DNA of 64,000 nucleotides, taken from the NCBI GenBank assembly GCA_902627495.1, contig CACOJS010000001.1, positions 76,113-140,112 of the forward strand, in the 5' to 3' direction. The position numbers and the translations under genes are program-made. Shown here piece by piece: positions 1-9,164 of this stretch (the stretch's first letter is position 1; each line of letters starts with the position of its first letter). The notes under the pieces are model-generated. The model did not search any database. It had not been told where the DNA came from and saw nothing but the letters and a program-made list of their open reading frames with translations. The stretch comes from Hydrogenophilales bacterium (lineage in GTDB: Bacteria; Pseudomonadota; Gammaproteobacteria; Burkholderiales; Eutrophovitaceae).

Positions 1-2
1 AA

Positions 3-1715
3 GATATCGTTTTTATAGGACCGTCGCCATCAATAATTAAATTAATGGGAATGAAAGATGAGGCCAAAAAATATTTAGAGAAATCTGATGTTCCAATTAT
101 ACCTGGGTATCATTCTGTAAATGTTTCAAGCAAGTGCTTACTTGAGGAGGCAAAAAAAATAGGATTCCCTGTTTTAATCAAAGCGGCTGCCGGTGGAGGA
201 GGCAGAGGGTTGAGATTGGTAAAAGGTACCGGAGAATTTCTGTCAGTGTTGGAATCAGCAAAGCGTGAGGCTTTATCAGGTTTTGGGAATGACCAAGTTA
301 TTTTGGAAAAGTACTTAACAAATGCTAGGCACATTGAAGTTCAAATTTTCGGTGATACCCAGGGAAATGTGATTCATTTGTTTGAAAGAGACTGTTCTTT
401 ACAGCGAAAACATCAAAAAGTTATCGAGGAGGCACCTGCTCTTGGCATATCAGAGGAGCTCCGAGACAAGATAGGGGCTGCAGCGGTTAGTGTAGGCAAG
501 ATAGTGAATTATGTAGGAGCCGGAACAGTCGAATTTATTCTTCTGGATAACGGCGAATTCTATTTCATGGAGATGAACACGCGTTTGCAGGTTGAACATC
601 CAGTAACAGAAGAGATTACCAATCTTGACTTAGTTGAATGGCAGATTCGTATTGCCAATGGGCAGCCACTTCCACTTAAGCAAGCAGATGTAAAAAAAAC
701 AGGTCATTCGATTGAAGCCAGGGTCTACGCAGAGATACCGGAAAGAGATTTTTTACCAACAGCTGGTAGAGTTTCACAGATACAAAAGCTTGAGGGGTTA
801 GATGATGCTCGTCTTGAAATGGGTGTTAAGGAGAGTGACGAGGTTGGCGTCAACTACGATGCTATGATTGCAAAAATAGTGGTTAAGGGCAGAGATGTGG
901 ATACTGCTATGGTTGCATTAAGAAAGGCTTTATCTTCGTTTTGTGTGATTGGGATTCACACTAATCTGTCGTTTCTTCAAAATTTGTTAGCTAAGAAACA
1001 GGATCACGTCTCCAAAGGCACTTCAACAATTACTACAACTTACATAGATGATAACCTAGAGGATCTAGTTACATTCCCGCAGGACGTCTTGTTTGGTGCA
1101 TTAGTCATAGCTGCACTCAACGAATATAGTAAGGTGCATAAAAAGAATAAAGAAGAAAATCAGTCTACCTTTGACGAATATTCTCCCTGGGCTGGCAAAA
1201 CTAACTGGAGATTAGGTGGTGTAAGGGAAGAGTTATTTACTTATTCATTTTGTGATAATTGGATAGAGATATCGCTTCTTTTACATGCTGATGGCAGGCT
1301 GAGTGCTTATAGTGACAAAGTCTCTATGACTTTTTCTCATTTCGTTATGGACGGTGAGGTGGGTTTGTTCAAAGGTGATCAGTCAGTTTTCTCTGGACGC
1401 ATTTTTGAAGATGCGGGATCTTTGACTGTGCTTTTGCAGGGCAGATTGTGTCGATTAGAAAAACGAGTTTTTAAAAATAATTTTTCACTTTTGACATCAG
1501 GTGGTTTAAAGTCCCCTCTTCCGGGAGTGGTTGTAGCTGTGTTGGTTAAGGGTAATGATGAGGTGTCGAAAGGTGATGTTCTGATGATTGTAGAGGCCAT
1601 GAAAATGGAGCATGAGATCGTATCTCCGGTTAATGGTCGCATCTCGGAAGTTTACTTTGGTGTTGGAGACAAAGTAGAAGAGGGTATTGATGTTCTAGCA
1701 TTGGAAGAGTATTAA
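3..1715 (+). CDS. mccA: Biotin-dependent acyl-CoA carboxylase alpha subunit (3-methylcrotonyl-CoA carboxylase type, biotin carboxylase + BCCP domains). The 5' end is cut by the window edge.
   Basis: ATP-grasp biotin carboxylase core (EMNTRLQVEHPVTE). C-terminal biotinyl domain with the EAMKMEHEI attachment motif. The frame is open from nt 3 (DIVFIGPSPSIIKLMG...), so the true N-terminus lies upstream of the window. HMG-CoA lyase follows directly. A geranyl-CoA carboxylase alpha subunit cannot be excluded. Confidence 0.85.
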   Translation, partial: DIVFIGPSPSIIKLMGMKDEAKKYLEKSDVPIIPGYHSVNVSSKCLLEEAKKIGFPVLIKAAAGGGGRGLRLVKGTGEFLSVLESAKREALSGFGNDQVILEKYLTNARHIEVQIFGDTQGNVIHLFERDCSLQRKHQKVIEEAPALGISEELRDKIGAAAVSVGKIVNYVGAGTVEFILLDNGEFYFMEMNTRLQVEHPVTEEITNLDLVEWQIRIANGQPLPLKQADVKKTGHSIEARVYAEIPERDFLPTAGRVSQIQKLEGLDDARLEMGVKESDEVGVNYDAMIAKIVVKGRDVDTAMVALRKALSSFCVIGIHTNLSFLQNLLAKKQDHVSKGTSTITTTYIDDNLEDLVTFPQDVLFGALVIAALNEYSKVHKKNKEENQSTFDEYSPWAGKTNWRLGGVREELFTYSFCDNWIEISLLLHADGRLSAYSDKVSMTFSHFVMDGEVGLFKGDQSVFSGRIFEDAGSLTVLLQGRLCRLEKRVFKNNFSLLTSGGLKSPLPGVVVAVLVKGNDEVSKGDVLMIVEAMKMEHEIVSPVNGRISEVYFGVGDKVEEGIDVLALEEY

Positions 1716-2653
1716 TGGGTTATCCAAAAAAAGTAAAACTTGTTGAAGTTGGCCCCCGAGACGGCCTGCAAAATGAATCTAGAAACGTATCAGTAGACCT
1801 TAGGGTGAACCTTATAAATCAGCTTAGTGCATGTGGTTTTCCTGTTATTGAAGCAGGGAGTTTTGTATCCCCAAAATGGGTGCCGCAGATGGCTAATACT
1901 ATCGATGTTTTAAGCAGAATCGATAAAAATTCTTTTACCTCTTATCCGGTGTTGGTCCCAAATTTGAGAGGCCTTGAGGAGGCAATAGAGGCAGACGCAA
2001 AAGAAATTGCGATTTTTGGGTCTGCAACTGAAGGTTTTTCTCATCGAAACATTAATTGCTCAATAGCCGCATCCCTAAAAAAATTTGAACCGATAGTCGA
2101 CAGGGCCATTAAAGAGGGTATTAAAATTAGGGGATATATCTCCGTTGTCCTAGGATGTCCGGTTGAAGGGGAAGTGCATCCTGAAAAAGTAGCAGATGTG
2201 GCTAAAGCGTTAATGGATATGGGGTGCTATGAAATTTCACTAGGGGACACCATTGGTATGGGCACCCCAACTAAGGTACAGAGACTTTTAGATATATTAT
2301 CAAGAGATATTCAGGTAACTCAAATTGCTGGTCACTTCCATGACACCTACGGGCAAGCATTAGCAAATATTTTCACCTCGCTTCAATATGGTGTAAGCAC
2401 CTTCGATTGTTCAGTTGCTGGTCTAGGTGGATGTCCTTTTGCTGGAGAAGGTGCCAGTGGGAACGTCGCTACGGAGGATGTGTTATTCATGTTAAATGGT
2501 ATGGATATTGAAACCGGTATAGATATTAATAAACTTGTGTCTGTAGGGGAGTTTGTTTCTAATGAGCTCGAAAAGCCAAGTGCTTCAAAGGCGGGGCGTG
2601 CTTTGTTGAGTTTGTCAAAAGTTAGAACAAATCGGACAAGCAATCATGGTTAA
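1715..2653 (+). CDS. hmgL: Hydroxymethylglutaryl-CoA lyase
   Basis: N-terminal VEVGPRDGLQNE motif and HMGL-like TIM-barrel sequence, including the GLGGCPFA motif. The start overlaps the mccA stop (TAATG). Confidence 0.9.
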   Translation: MGYPKKVKLVEVGPRDGLQNESRNVSVDLRVNLINQLSACGFPVIEAGSFVSPKWVPQMANTIDVLSRIDKNSFTSYPVLVPNLRGLEEAIEADAKEIAIFGSATEGFSHRNINCSIAASLKKFEPIVDRAIKEGIKIRGYISVVLGCPVEGEVHPEKVADVAKALMDMGCYEISLGDTIGMGTPTKVQRLLDILSRDIQVTQIAGHFHDTYGQALANIFTSLQYGVSTFDCSVAGLGGCPFAGEGASGNVATEDVLFMLNGMDIETGIDINKLVSVGEFVSNELEKPSASKAGRALLSLSKVRTNRTSNHG

Positions 2654-3227
2654 CAAATTGAGTCCACCCGTTCATCGACGATTACTTCACAAAAGAGAGG
2701 TTAAGTGCTTCGGTTATGAACGATTTGACGGAGATTTTGATATTGAAGGTCATTTAACGGATGTTAAAACATATGGTGTGGAGGGCTTTGATAGAGGCCC
2801 GATGAATCCTGGTGAGCCGGTGCACGATATGTGGTTGCGTTTGACAGTCGATGTAGACCTAAAAATTAAAGGAAGTGAGGCCGAGATAGTGTGGAGTCCT
2901 TACAACATATGTAAGGTGGTAGAGCCCAACTTTAATCAGCTTGTAGGCGAAGTTATAGGGCCCGGGTTTACAAAAAGAGTCAGGAGGCGTTTGGGTGGTA
3001 CCCACGGTTGTACTCACTTAGTGGAACTTTTGGGACCTATCGCAACTACAGCATTTCAAACAATATATCCGAAAAAGTCTAAGCGGAGTGGGGAGACCGA
3101 CAAAGAAAGGAAGCCAACTTTATTAAATACCTGTCATGCTTGGGCTGATGACAGTGATATGGTTAGGATTCGGCACCCAAAATTTTTTACCGGGGATAAA
3201 AGTGAGGTGATTATTAATGAGGGATAG
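2646..3227 (+). CDS. DUF2889-family protein, function unknown
   Basis: The RR.LHKREV..FGYER.DG.FDIEGHLTDVK and GGTHGCTHLVELLGP patterns match my recollection of DUF2889. Overlaps hmgL by 8 nt and the downstream CoA-transferase by 11 nt. Confidence 0.7.
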   Translation: MVNKLSPPVHRRLLHKREVKCFGYERFDGDFDIEGHLTDVKTYGVEGFDRGPMNPGEPVHDMWLRLTVDVDLKIKGSEAEIVWSPYNICKVVEPNFNQLVGEVIGPGFTKRVRRRLGGTHGCTHLVELLGPIATTAFQTIYPKKSKRSGETDKERKPTLLNTCHAWADDSDMVRIRHPKFFTGDKSEVIINEG

Positions 3228-4401
3228 ACCTCTTTCAGGGATACGTATTTTAGATCTCACCCGTTTGTTACCGGGGCCAGTCTGTACTCTTCATTTGGCT
3301 GATTTTGGTGCGGAGGTTATTAAAGTTGAAGATACGGGATTAGGTGATTATGCTCGAGGCTTAGGCGTCCCTCCCGGCATATTAGCTCCCATTTTTGTGG
3401 CAATTAACCGTAATAAAAAAAGTATTTCTGTGGACTTAAAAAAAAAAGTTGGAAAGGAAATTTTTAACACTCTGTTAAAAAGTGCAAACGTTGTCGTTGA
3501 AGGTTTCAGGCCAGGTGTTATGGAAAGGCTGGGATTAGACTATAAGAGCTGCAAAAAAATAAATCCAGGGATTGTCTATTGTTCTATAAGTGGGTTTGGT
3601 CAAGATGGTCCGTATAAATACAAAGCCGGACATGATATTAACTACATTGGTTATGCAGGGGTTTTGGATCAAATCGGCTTAAGCGGAGGCTCACCAGCAA
3701 TACCTAATATTCAAATCGGCGATATTATGGGTGGTGCTTTGGTGCCTGCTATGTCAATTTTAGCGGTTCTTCTCGAGTCGCAACGGACAGGTGAGGGACG
3801 TTACATTGATGTGTCTATGACAGATGCGGTAATCTCGCATAATTATCAAGCACTCAGTAGTTTGGTGTCTGTGGGTGTAGCTGGGAAACGGGGATCTGAT
3901 TTATTATCCGGCAAGGTTCCCTGCTACAGTACTTATGAGACTAAAGACCATAAGTATGTCGCTGTTGGAGCTCTCGAGAAAAAATTTTGGGATAATTTGT
4001 GTCACGTACTTAAACGGCCTGACCTGAAGAGGCACCACTGGCAAAATGAGACAGCTGATTTTGAATTAGCAAAAAAGGAATTGGGTCATGTTTTTTCGCG
4101 AGAATCGCAGGCCTATTGGGTAAGAGTGTTCGATAAAGAAGACTGCTGTGTTTCTCCTATTATTTCTTTGGATGAGGCACTCTGCGACCCACAAATTCAA
4201 AAAAGAGAGATGATATTCAGTACCGAACATCCAATATCTGGCAGATCTCTTCAGTTTGCAACCCCATTTAAAATGACAGATTATGAAGTATCTGAAGATA
4301 TTCCGGCACCAAAGCAGGGCCAGCATACGAAGGCGATTTTGGAAGAAATAGGTTTTTCGGAAGATGACATAAAGCGGTTTGGTGACGCCATAAGATTTTA
4401 G
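3217..4401 (+). CDS. Family III (CaiB/BaiF) CoA-transferase, alpha-methylacyl-CoA racemase-like subgroup
   Basis: LSGIRILDLTRLLPGP N-terminus. AGHDINYIGYAGVL and IGDIMGGAL motifs resemble the His/Asp catalytic motifs of MCR/AMACR-type family III enzymes. Confidence 0.8.
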   Translation: MRDRPLSGIRILDLTRLLPGPVCTLHLADFGAEVIKVEDTGLGDYARGLGVPPGILAPIFVAINRNKKSISVDLKKKVGKEIFNTLLKSANVVVEGFRPGVMERLGLDYKSCKKINPGIVYCSISGFGQDGPYKYKAGHDINYIGYAGVLDQIGLSGGSPAIPNIQIGDIMGGALVPAMSILAVLLESQRTGEGRYIDVSMTDAVISHNYQALSSLVSVGVAGKRGSDLLSGKVPCYSTYETKDHKYVAVGALEKKFWDNLCHVLKRPDLKRHHWQNETADFELAKKELGHVFSRESQAYWVRVFDKEDCCVSPIISLDEALCDPQIQKREMIFSTEHPISGRSLQFATPFKMTDYEVSEDIPAPKQGQHTKAILEEIGFSEDDIKRFGDAIRF

Positions 4402-4406
4402 AAGCC

Positions 4407-5276
4407 CTATTCTAAATCCGGTTCTAACCAATATTCGACGGTGTAAGGGCGAGATGCCAGCCATCGTCTAGCTACATCATGAACAGCTATTTTTCGGACA
4501 CTGAGTGCATAATCTAGATCTTCAATCGCCTTCACGGAAATCTCTATTTTTTTTAAAACATCCTGCATAGGTTTTTTAATATAGTCCCAGGATTTTTTAT
4601 TAGCTATTAAGTGAGCATTTGCATTAGCGACATATATTGCTTTTGGATCATGGAGAGTCCTCAGGTTTCCCATTTTAGTTAAAAAACTCGGTCGTCGTAG
4701 CCCAATAACAAACCACTCTTGCTTTTCTGTTAGGGAGTTAATTAAGCTCACAAGTTCAGATTGTGGTAAAGGTTGTATTGAAAATCCATCTTTACTTAAG
4801 TTATATTGATCTAATAGTGTTTTGGATTGTAATAACAATTCAGCATCTGATTTAACAATAGAGATTTTATTAACTCTACCCTTAACCTTCTGTTTTTGAA
4901 GGTCTAGTACAGTATTTAAAGTGTCTTTTGGAATGTATTTCGGAACAGCGAGGTGGTAGCCTGCACCTTCATAAAGGATTCCGATCTTGATTAACTTTTC
5001 CTTATTCTGTTCCCAATAATTTTTATGGATTGTAGATAGCCATCCTGCAACGAAGAAGTCGATTTCTTTCTCGACTAACATATCAAACATTAGTTCACTC
5101 GTGCCGCTTTTTGTCGCCACATTGAACCTCTTCCTTTCGAAGACTTGTTTGATAATCTCCGCAGTTGCTTTGGCATCCGAGGATTTGGTATATCCAATTG
5201 TTACGATCTGTGCGTAACAAACATTGCCTAAAATCATTAATATTAGAGTGGTGATTCTGATGACATTTTTGTTCAT
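4407..5276 (-). CDS. Periplasmic substrate-binding protein, glycine-betaine/OpuAC-like, with no adjacent permease or ATPase
   Basis: N-terminal signal peptide (ITTLILMILGNVCYA). OpuAC-like IDFFVAGWL..H.NYW segment. The start overlaps the nudC stop by 4 nt. Confidence 0.6.
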   Translation of the reverse strand: MNKNVIRITTLILMILGNVCYAQIVTIGYTKSSDAKATAEIIKQVFERKRFNVATKSGTSELMFDMLVEKEIDFFVAGWLSTIHKNYWEQNKEKLIKIGILYEGAGYHLAVPKYIPKDTLNTVLDLQKQKVKGRVNKISIVKSDAELLLQSKTLLDQYNLSKDGFSIQPLPQSELVSLINSLTEKQEWFVIGLRRPSFLTKMGNLRTLHDPKAIYVANANAHLIANKKSWDYIKKPMQDVLKKIEISVKAIEDLDYALSVRKIAVHDVARRWLASRPYTVEYWLEPDLE

Positions 5277-6121
5277 AAGTCGCTCTCATTTTTAACTAAT
5301 TTTGATTCTAGAAGACTTCTAGCAATGCTGATTTTACCTGGCAGTCGGCTGGGCAGTTTTTGACTACTAAACCACTGGGCATCCTCTATTTCATGCGGAT
5401 CGCAAATAATGGTACCTGATTCATAGTCGCAGTGAAATGCTATCATCATAGAATGAGGGAAAGGCCATGGCTGGCTTGAGAAGTAACGAATATTATTTAC
5501 TCTAATGCCAACTTCTTCTAAAACTTCTCTGTGAATGGTTTGTTCAAGGGTTTCTCCGGGCTCAGTAAACCCGGCGATGGCTGAGAACATCCCCGATGGA
5601 AAGTGAGGAGATCTCGCCAATAAAAACTCATCACCACGACTTACAAGTGCCATTACAGCCGGAGCAATTTTTGGATAATGCCGTTGTTGACATTTTGGGC
5701 ATAGTTTAACTCTTTCTTTCTCCCCTAATATCGTTTTTTCACCACATCGACCACAGAATAGACTGCTTCTATCCCAATCTACGATTTGTAGAGACCGGCC
5801 TGCTAAGGAAAAAGAAGAGTCATCTAGTCTGCCGAATAAGGCCCTTAGGCCATACCAGTGAATTTCAGATGAAGTTACCTCCTCATTAGTTACTTCACTG
5901 GCGTAGCATGGCGTTCCTCTTAGCGTTCCTAAGTAATGCTGTCTGAGAATACGTAAACCATATTTTGTAATTTGCCTAAAGCATGGAATTTTTAATATAT
6001 CAGTCTTAGTGAGGACGGTTGCAATCTCGTTCCCTCTAATGAGAAATAAGAAAGCATCGTCGGAGGGAATGCTCGGTGCAACATTGGAAGAATCAAAATT
6101 ACCTGGTGTTTCAAAAATCAT
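5273..6121 (-). CDS. nudC: NAD(H) pyrophosphatase / NAD-RNA decapping Nudix hydrolase
   Basis: Zinc ribbon CGRCG...CPKC. Nudix box GFTEPGETLEQTIHREVLEEVG. NudC signature SQPWPFPHS. Confidence 0.9.
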   Translation of the reverse strand: MIFETPGNFDSSNVAPSIPSDDAFLFLIRGNEIATVLTKTDILKIPCFRQITKYGLRILRQHYLGTLRGTPCYASEVTNEEVTSSEIHWYGLRALFGRLDDSSFSLAGRSLQIVDWDRSSLFCGRCGEKTILGEKERVKLCPKCQQRHYPKIAPAVMALVSRGDEFLLARSPHFPSGMFSAIAGFTEPGETLEQTIHREVLEEVGIRVNNIRYFSSQPWPFPHSMMIAFHCDYESGTIICDPHEIEDAQWFSSQKLPSRLPGKISIARSLLESKLVKNESDL

Positions 6122-6142
6122 GAGGAACAGGTAGAGATAAGA

Positions 6143-7870
6143 TCATGAGGAGAGATACAAATCAGTAATTGATTTTTCAGCGATCTCTGCTGAGAACAGA
6201 ACAGTTTCCGATAAGGTAGGGTGAGGGTGTATGGTTAATCCGATATCTTCAGAGTCAGCTCCCATTTCTATTCCTAGGGTGGTTTCAGCAATTAATTCTC
6301 CTGCATTGCTGCCCACAATACCCGCACCAAGTAATTTTCTACTTTTCTTGTCAAAGATTAACTTCGTAAGCCCTTCGGGCCTTCCTGTAGCTTGTGCTCT
6401 ACCGCTCGCAGCCCAAGGGAAAACAACTTTCTCAATACTCATTCCCTCTCTTCGAGCTTTCTGTTCAGTTATACCAACCCACGCAAGTTCGGGATCTGTA
6501 TACGCAACAGAGGGGATACCCAAAGCATCAAACCTCGTTTTATTGGCTCCAGCTATAATTTCAGCACACAGTTTCCCTTCATGGCTAGCTTTATGAGCCA
6601 GCATCGGTTCTCCAACAATATCGCCTATGGCAAAGATATGAGGCACATTAGTTCTCATTTGTTTGTCTACTGTGATAAATCCCTTTTCATCAACTGCAAC
6701 TCCAGCTAACTCTGCCCCAATTTTCTTACCATTTGGATGTCGTCCAACCGCAACCAAAACCTTATCAAAGGTTTTCATCATTTGGTCACCAGAATTTTGA
6801 AGGGTAACTTCTAGCTTATTTCTCTTTACTTGGATATCGTTAACTTTCGTGTTTAGCAGAATTGATTCGTATCGTCCCTCAATCATTTTATGTAAAGGTT
6901 GAACTAAATCTCGGTCTGCTTCTGGAATCAGTCCACCTGTAAGTTCTGCAATTGTTATTTTCGACCCTAATCCATGATAAACAGAAGCCATCTCTAAACC
7001 AATAATTCCTCCCCCGATTATCAATAGATTTTTTGGTACATCTGTGATTTGTAATGCATCTGTTGAATCTAAAATCCTAGAATCTTTATTAGGAAAATTT
7101 GAGATCTTATTCGAGGCTGACCCAGCCGCGATGATTGCGTTGTCAAACGAAACAAGCTTCGATCCTGATTTTGTCTTCACAAGGACTGTGTTGGGGCCAT
7201 TAAAGCTCCCGATTCCATGTAAAATTTTAACTTGACGTTTTTTAGCCAACATATTGAGTCCTGTAGTGAGCTTATTTACACTTGCATCAGTCCATCCTCT
7301 TAGCTTCTCAATATCAATTTTTGGGCTGCTAAATGATACCCCCATCTCACTGGCATCTTGAGCTTCAGAGATTATTTTGCTTGCATGCAGGAGTGCTTTG
7401 GAGGGAATACATCCTACATTCAGACATACCCCCCCTAGTTTGTCGTAACGCTCAACTATTAATACTTTTTTCCCAAGATCAGCTGCTCTAAAGCCTGCAG
7501 TGTATCCACCAGGCCCGGAGCCTAAAACTAAAACATCTACGTGAAAATCACTAGAGGCATTAATGTTTTGAATTTGAGAACTGTCTTCCGATGCCCCATT
7601 ATTTTCCTTCTCCGTATCAGATTTCAAGTCTTCAGCATCTACAACTAAAATTGCATCTCCTGCCGATACCTTATCGTCTGGTTTTAGTATTACCTTCGTT
7701 ATTTTTCCAGCTTCAGGTGACGGCACTTCCATTGTTGCTTTGTCTGACTCTAGTACCACCAAAGGATCTTCTTTTTTTATCTTGTCACCTATTTGTACTA
7801 AGACTTCGATTACAGGAATATTCTCGAATTCCCCAATATCTGGAACTTTGATTGTAATTTTTTTGCTCAT
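6143..7870 (-). CDS. lpdA: Dihydrolipoyl dehydrogenase (E3) with N-terminal lipoyl domain
   Basis: Lipoyl-attachment motif ESDKATMEVPSP in the first ~80 aa. GxGxxG FAD site (VLGSGPGG). Redox disulfide GGVCLNVGCIPSK. C-terminal HPHPTLSE dimerisation motif. Confidence 0.92.
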   Translation of the reverse strand: MSKKITIKVPDIGEFENIPVIEVLVQIGDKIKKEDPLVVLESDKATMEVPSPEAGKITKVILKPDDKVSAGDAILVVDAEDLKSDTEKENNGASEDSSQIQNINASSDFHVDVLVLGSGPGGYTAGFRAADLGKKVLIVERYDKLGGVCLNVGCIPSKALLHASKIISEAQDASEMGVSFSSPKIDIEKLRGWTDASVNKLTTGLNMLAKKRQVKILHGIGSFNGPNTVLVKTKSGSKLVSFDNAIIAAGSASNKISNFPNKDSRILDSTDALQITDVPKNLLIIGGGIIGLEMASVYHGLGSKITIAELTGGLIPEADRDLVQPLHKMIEGRYESILLNTKVNDIQVKRNKLEVTLQNSGDQMMKTFDKVLVAVGRHPNGKKIGAELAGVAVDEKGFITVDKQMRTNVPHIFAIGDIVGEPMLAHKASHEGKLCAEIIAGANKTRFDALGIPSVAYTDPELAWVGITEQKARREGMSIEKVVFPWAASGRAQATGRPEGLTKLIFDKKSRKLLGAGIVGSNAGELIAETTLGIEMGADSEDIGLTIHPHPTLSETVLFSAEIAEKSITDLYLSS

Positions 7871-7887
7871 TCTGTAAATTCACCTAA

Positions 7888-9144
7888 TTAAGTTCTAATA
7901 TGGCCATCGCCATAGACAATCCATTTCAAAGAAGTTAAGCCTTGTAGGCCAACAGGACCACGTGCATGCAATTTATCAGTAGAAATACCTATTTCAGCTC
8001 CTAACCCATATTCATATCCGTCGGCAAATCGGGTCGACGCATTTAGCATAACTGAACTAGAGTCTACCTGTCGTAGAAATTTTTTTGCGGTTTTATCATT
8101 TTCCGTGACAATGCTGTCGGTATGCTTGGAGCCGTATTTTGAGATATGCATGATAGCATCCTCGACGCTGTCAACAACCGCAATTGATAAAACAGGCCCC
8201 AAATACTCGGTTTCCCAATCTTTTTTACTTGCTAGTTTTATCGTTGGAATAATCACTTTGGCCTTTTTATCACCTCGGACCTCAACCTTATGACCCGTAA
8301 ATATTTTTAACAGTTTTGGTAGTATAACTGGTGCACAGTCCGAATGAATTATTAAGGTTTCCATCGTGTTGCAGGTGCCATATCTTTGGGTCTTTGCATT
8401 TTCCGCTATATTAATTGCTTTGGAGTGGTCAGCCTCTTTATCAATATAAACGTGGCAAATGCCGTCTAAATGTTTCAGTACGGGAATCTTAGATTCTTTT
8501 GATACTCTTGTTATCAGGCCTTTTCCACCACGTGGGATTATCAAGTCAACCTCCTCTTTTCTTGTGAGGAGTTCTCCAACGGCAGTCCTACTTGTGGTGG
8601 CGATTAACTGAACTGCGGTTGATGGGATACCGGTTTTACTTAGGCCTTCTATGATACATTTTTCTATGGCTTGGTTAGAATAAAATGACTCACTTCCCCC
8701 TCTCAATATTACAACGTTACCGGACTTCAGACACAAACTAGCCGCATCCGCTGTTACATTAGGACGTGATTCATATATTATCCCGATTATGCCTATAGGC
8801 ACTCTCATTTGAGCCACAGTGATTCCTGAAGGTCTCGTTTGCATTGGGCCAATAGTACCAACAGGGTCGTCAAGCTTAACAATTTCCTGGATACCCTCGA
8901 CAATTCCTTCGATAGTGTTTTGGGTCAATGTCAGGCGGTCAATCATGGCTGGATCGAGCTTATCTTTTGAAGCCTCACCCAAATCTTTTTCATTTGCATC
9001 AAGTATTTTGCGGGCACTAGATTGAATGCTTTCAGATATTCTAGTAAGTGCTTCATTCTTTTCTTCAGTCGTGGCGATTGCTAAAATCTCAGCGGCCTGC
9101 TGAGCTTTTTCACATATTCCTTTAATGTAGTTCGATATATTCAT
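7888..9144 (-). CDS. proA: Gamma-glutamyl phosphate reductase
   Basis: Full-length aldehyde-dehydrogenase-type ProA sequence (RPNV..DAA.LCLKSGN, GTCN..E). I prefer the ATG at 9144 (MNISNY...). The ORF track begins 2 codons earlier at GTG 9150. Confidence 0.9.
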   Translation of the reverse strand: MNISNYIKGICEKAQQAAEILAIATTEEKNEALTRISESIQSSARKILDANEKDLGEASKDKLDPAMIDRLTLTQNTIEGIVEGIQEIVKLDDPVGTIGPMQTRPSGITVAQMRVPIGIIGIIYESRPNVTADAASLCLKSGNVVILRGGSESFYSNQAIEKCIIEGLSKTGIPSTAVQLIATTSRTAVGELLTRKEEVDLIIPRGGKGLITRVSKESKIPVLKHLDGICHVYIDKEADHSKAINIAENAKTQRYGTCNTMETLIIHSDCAPVILPKLLKIFTGHKVEVRGDKKAKVIIPTIKLASKKDWETEYLGPVLSIAVVDSVEDAIMHISKYGSKHTDSIVTENDKTAKKFLRQVDSSSVMLNASTRFADGYEYGLGAEIGISTDKLHARGPVGLQGLTSLKWIVYGDGHIRT

Positions 9145-9164
9145 AAGCACGTTATTTTAAATAA

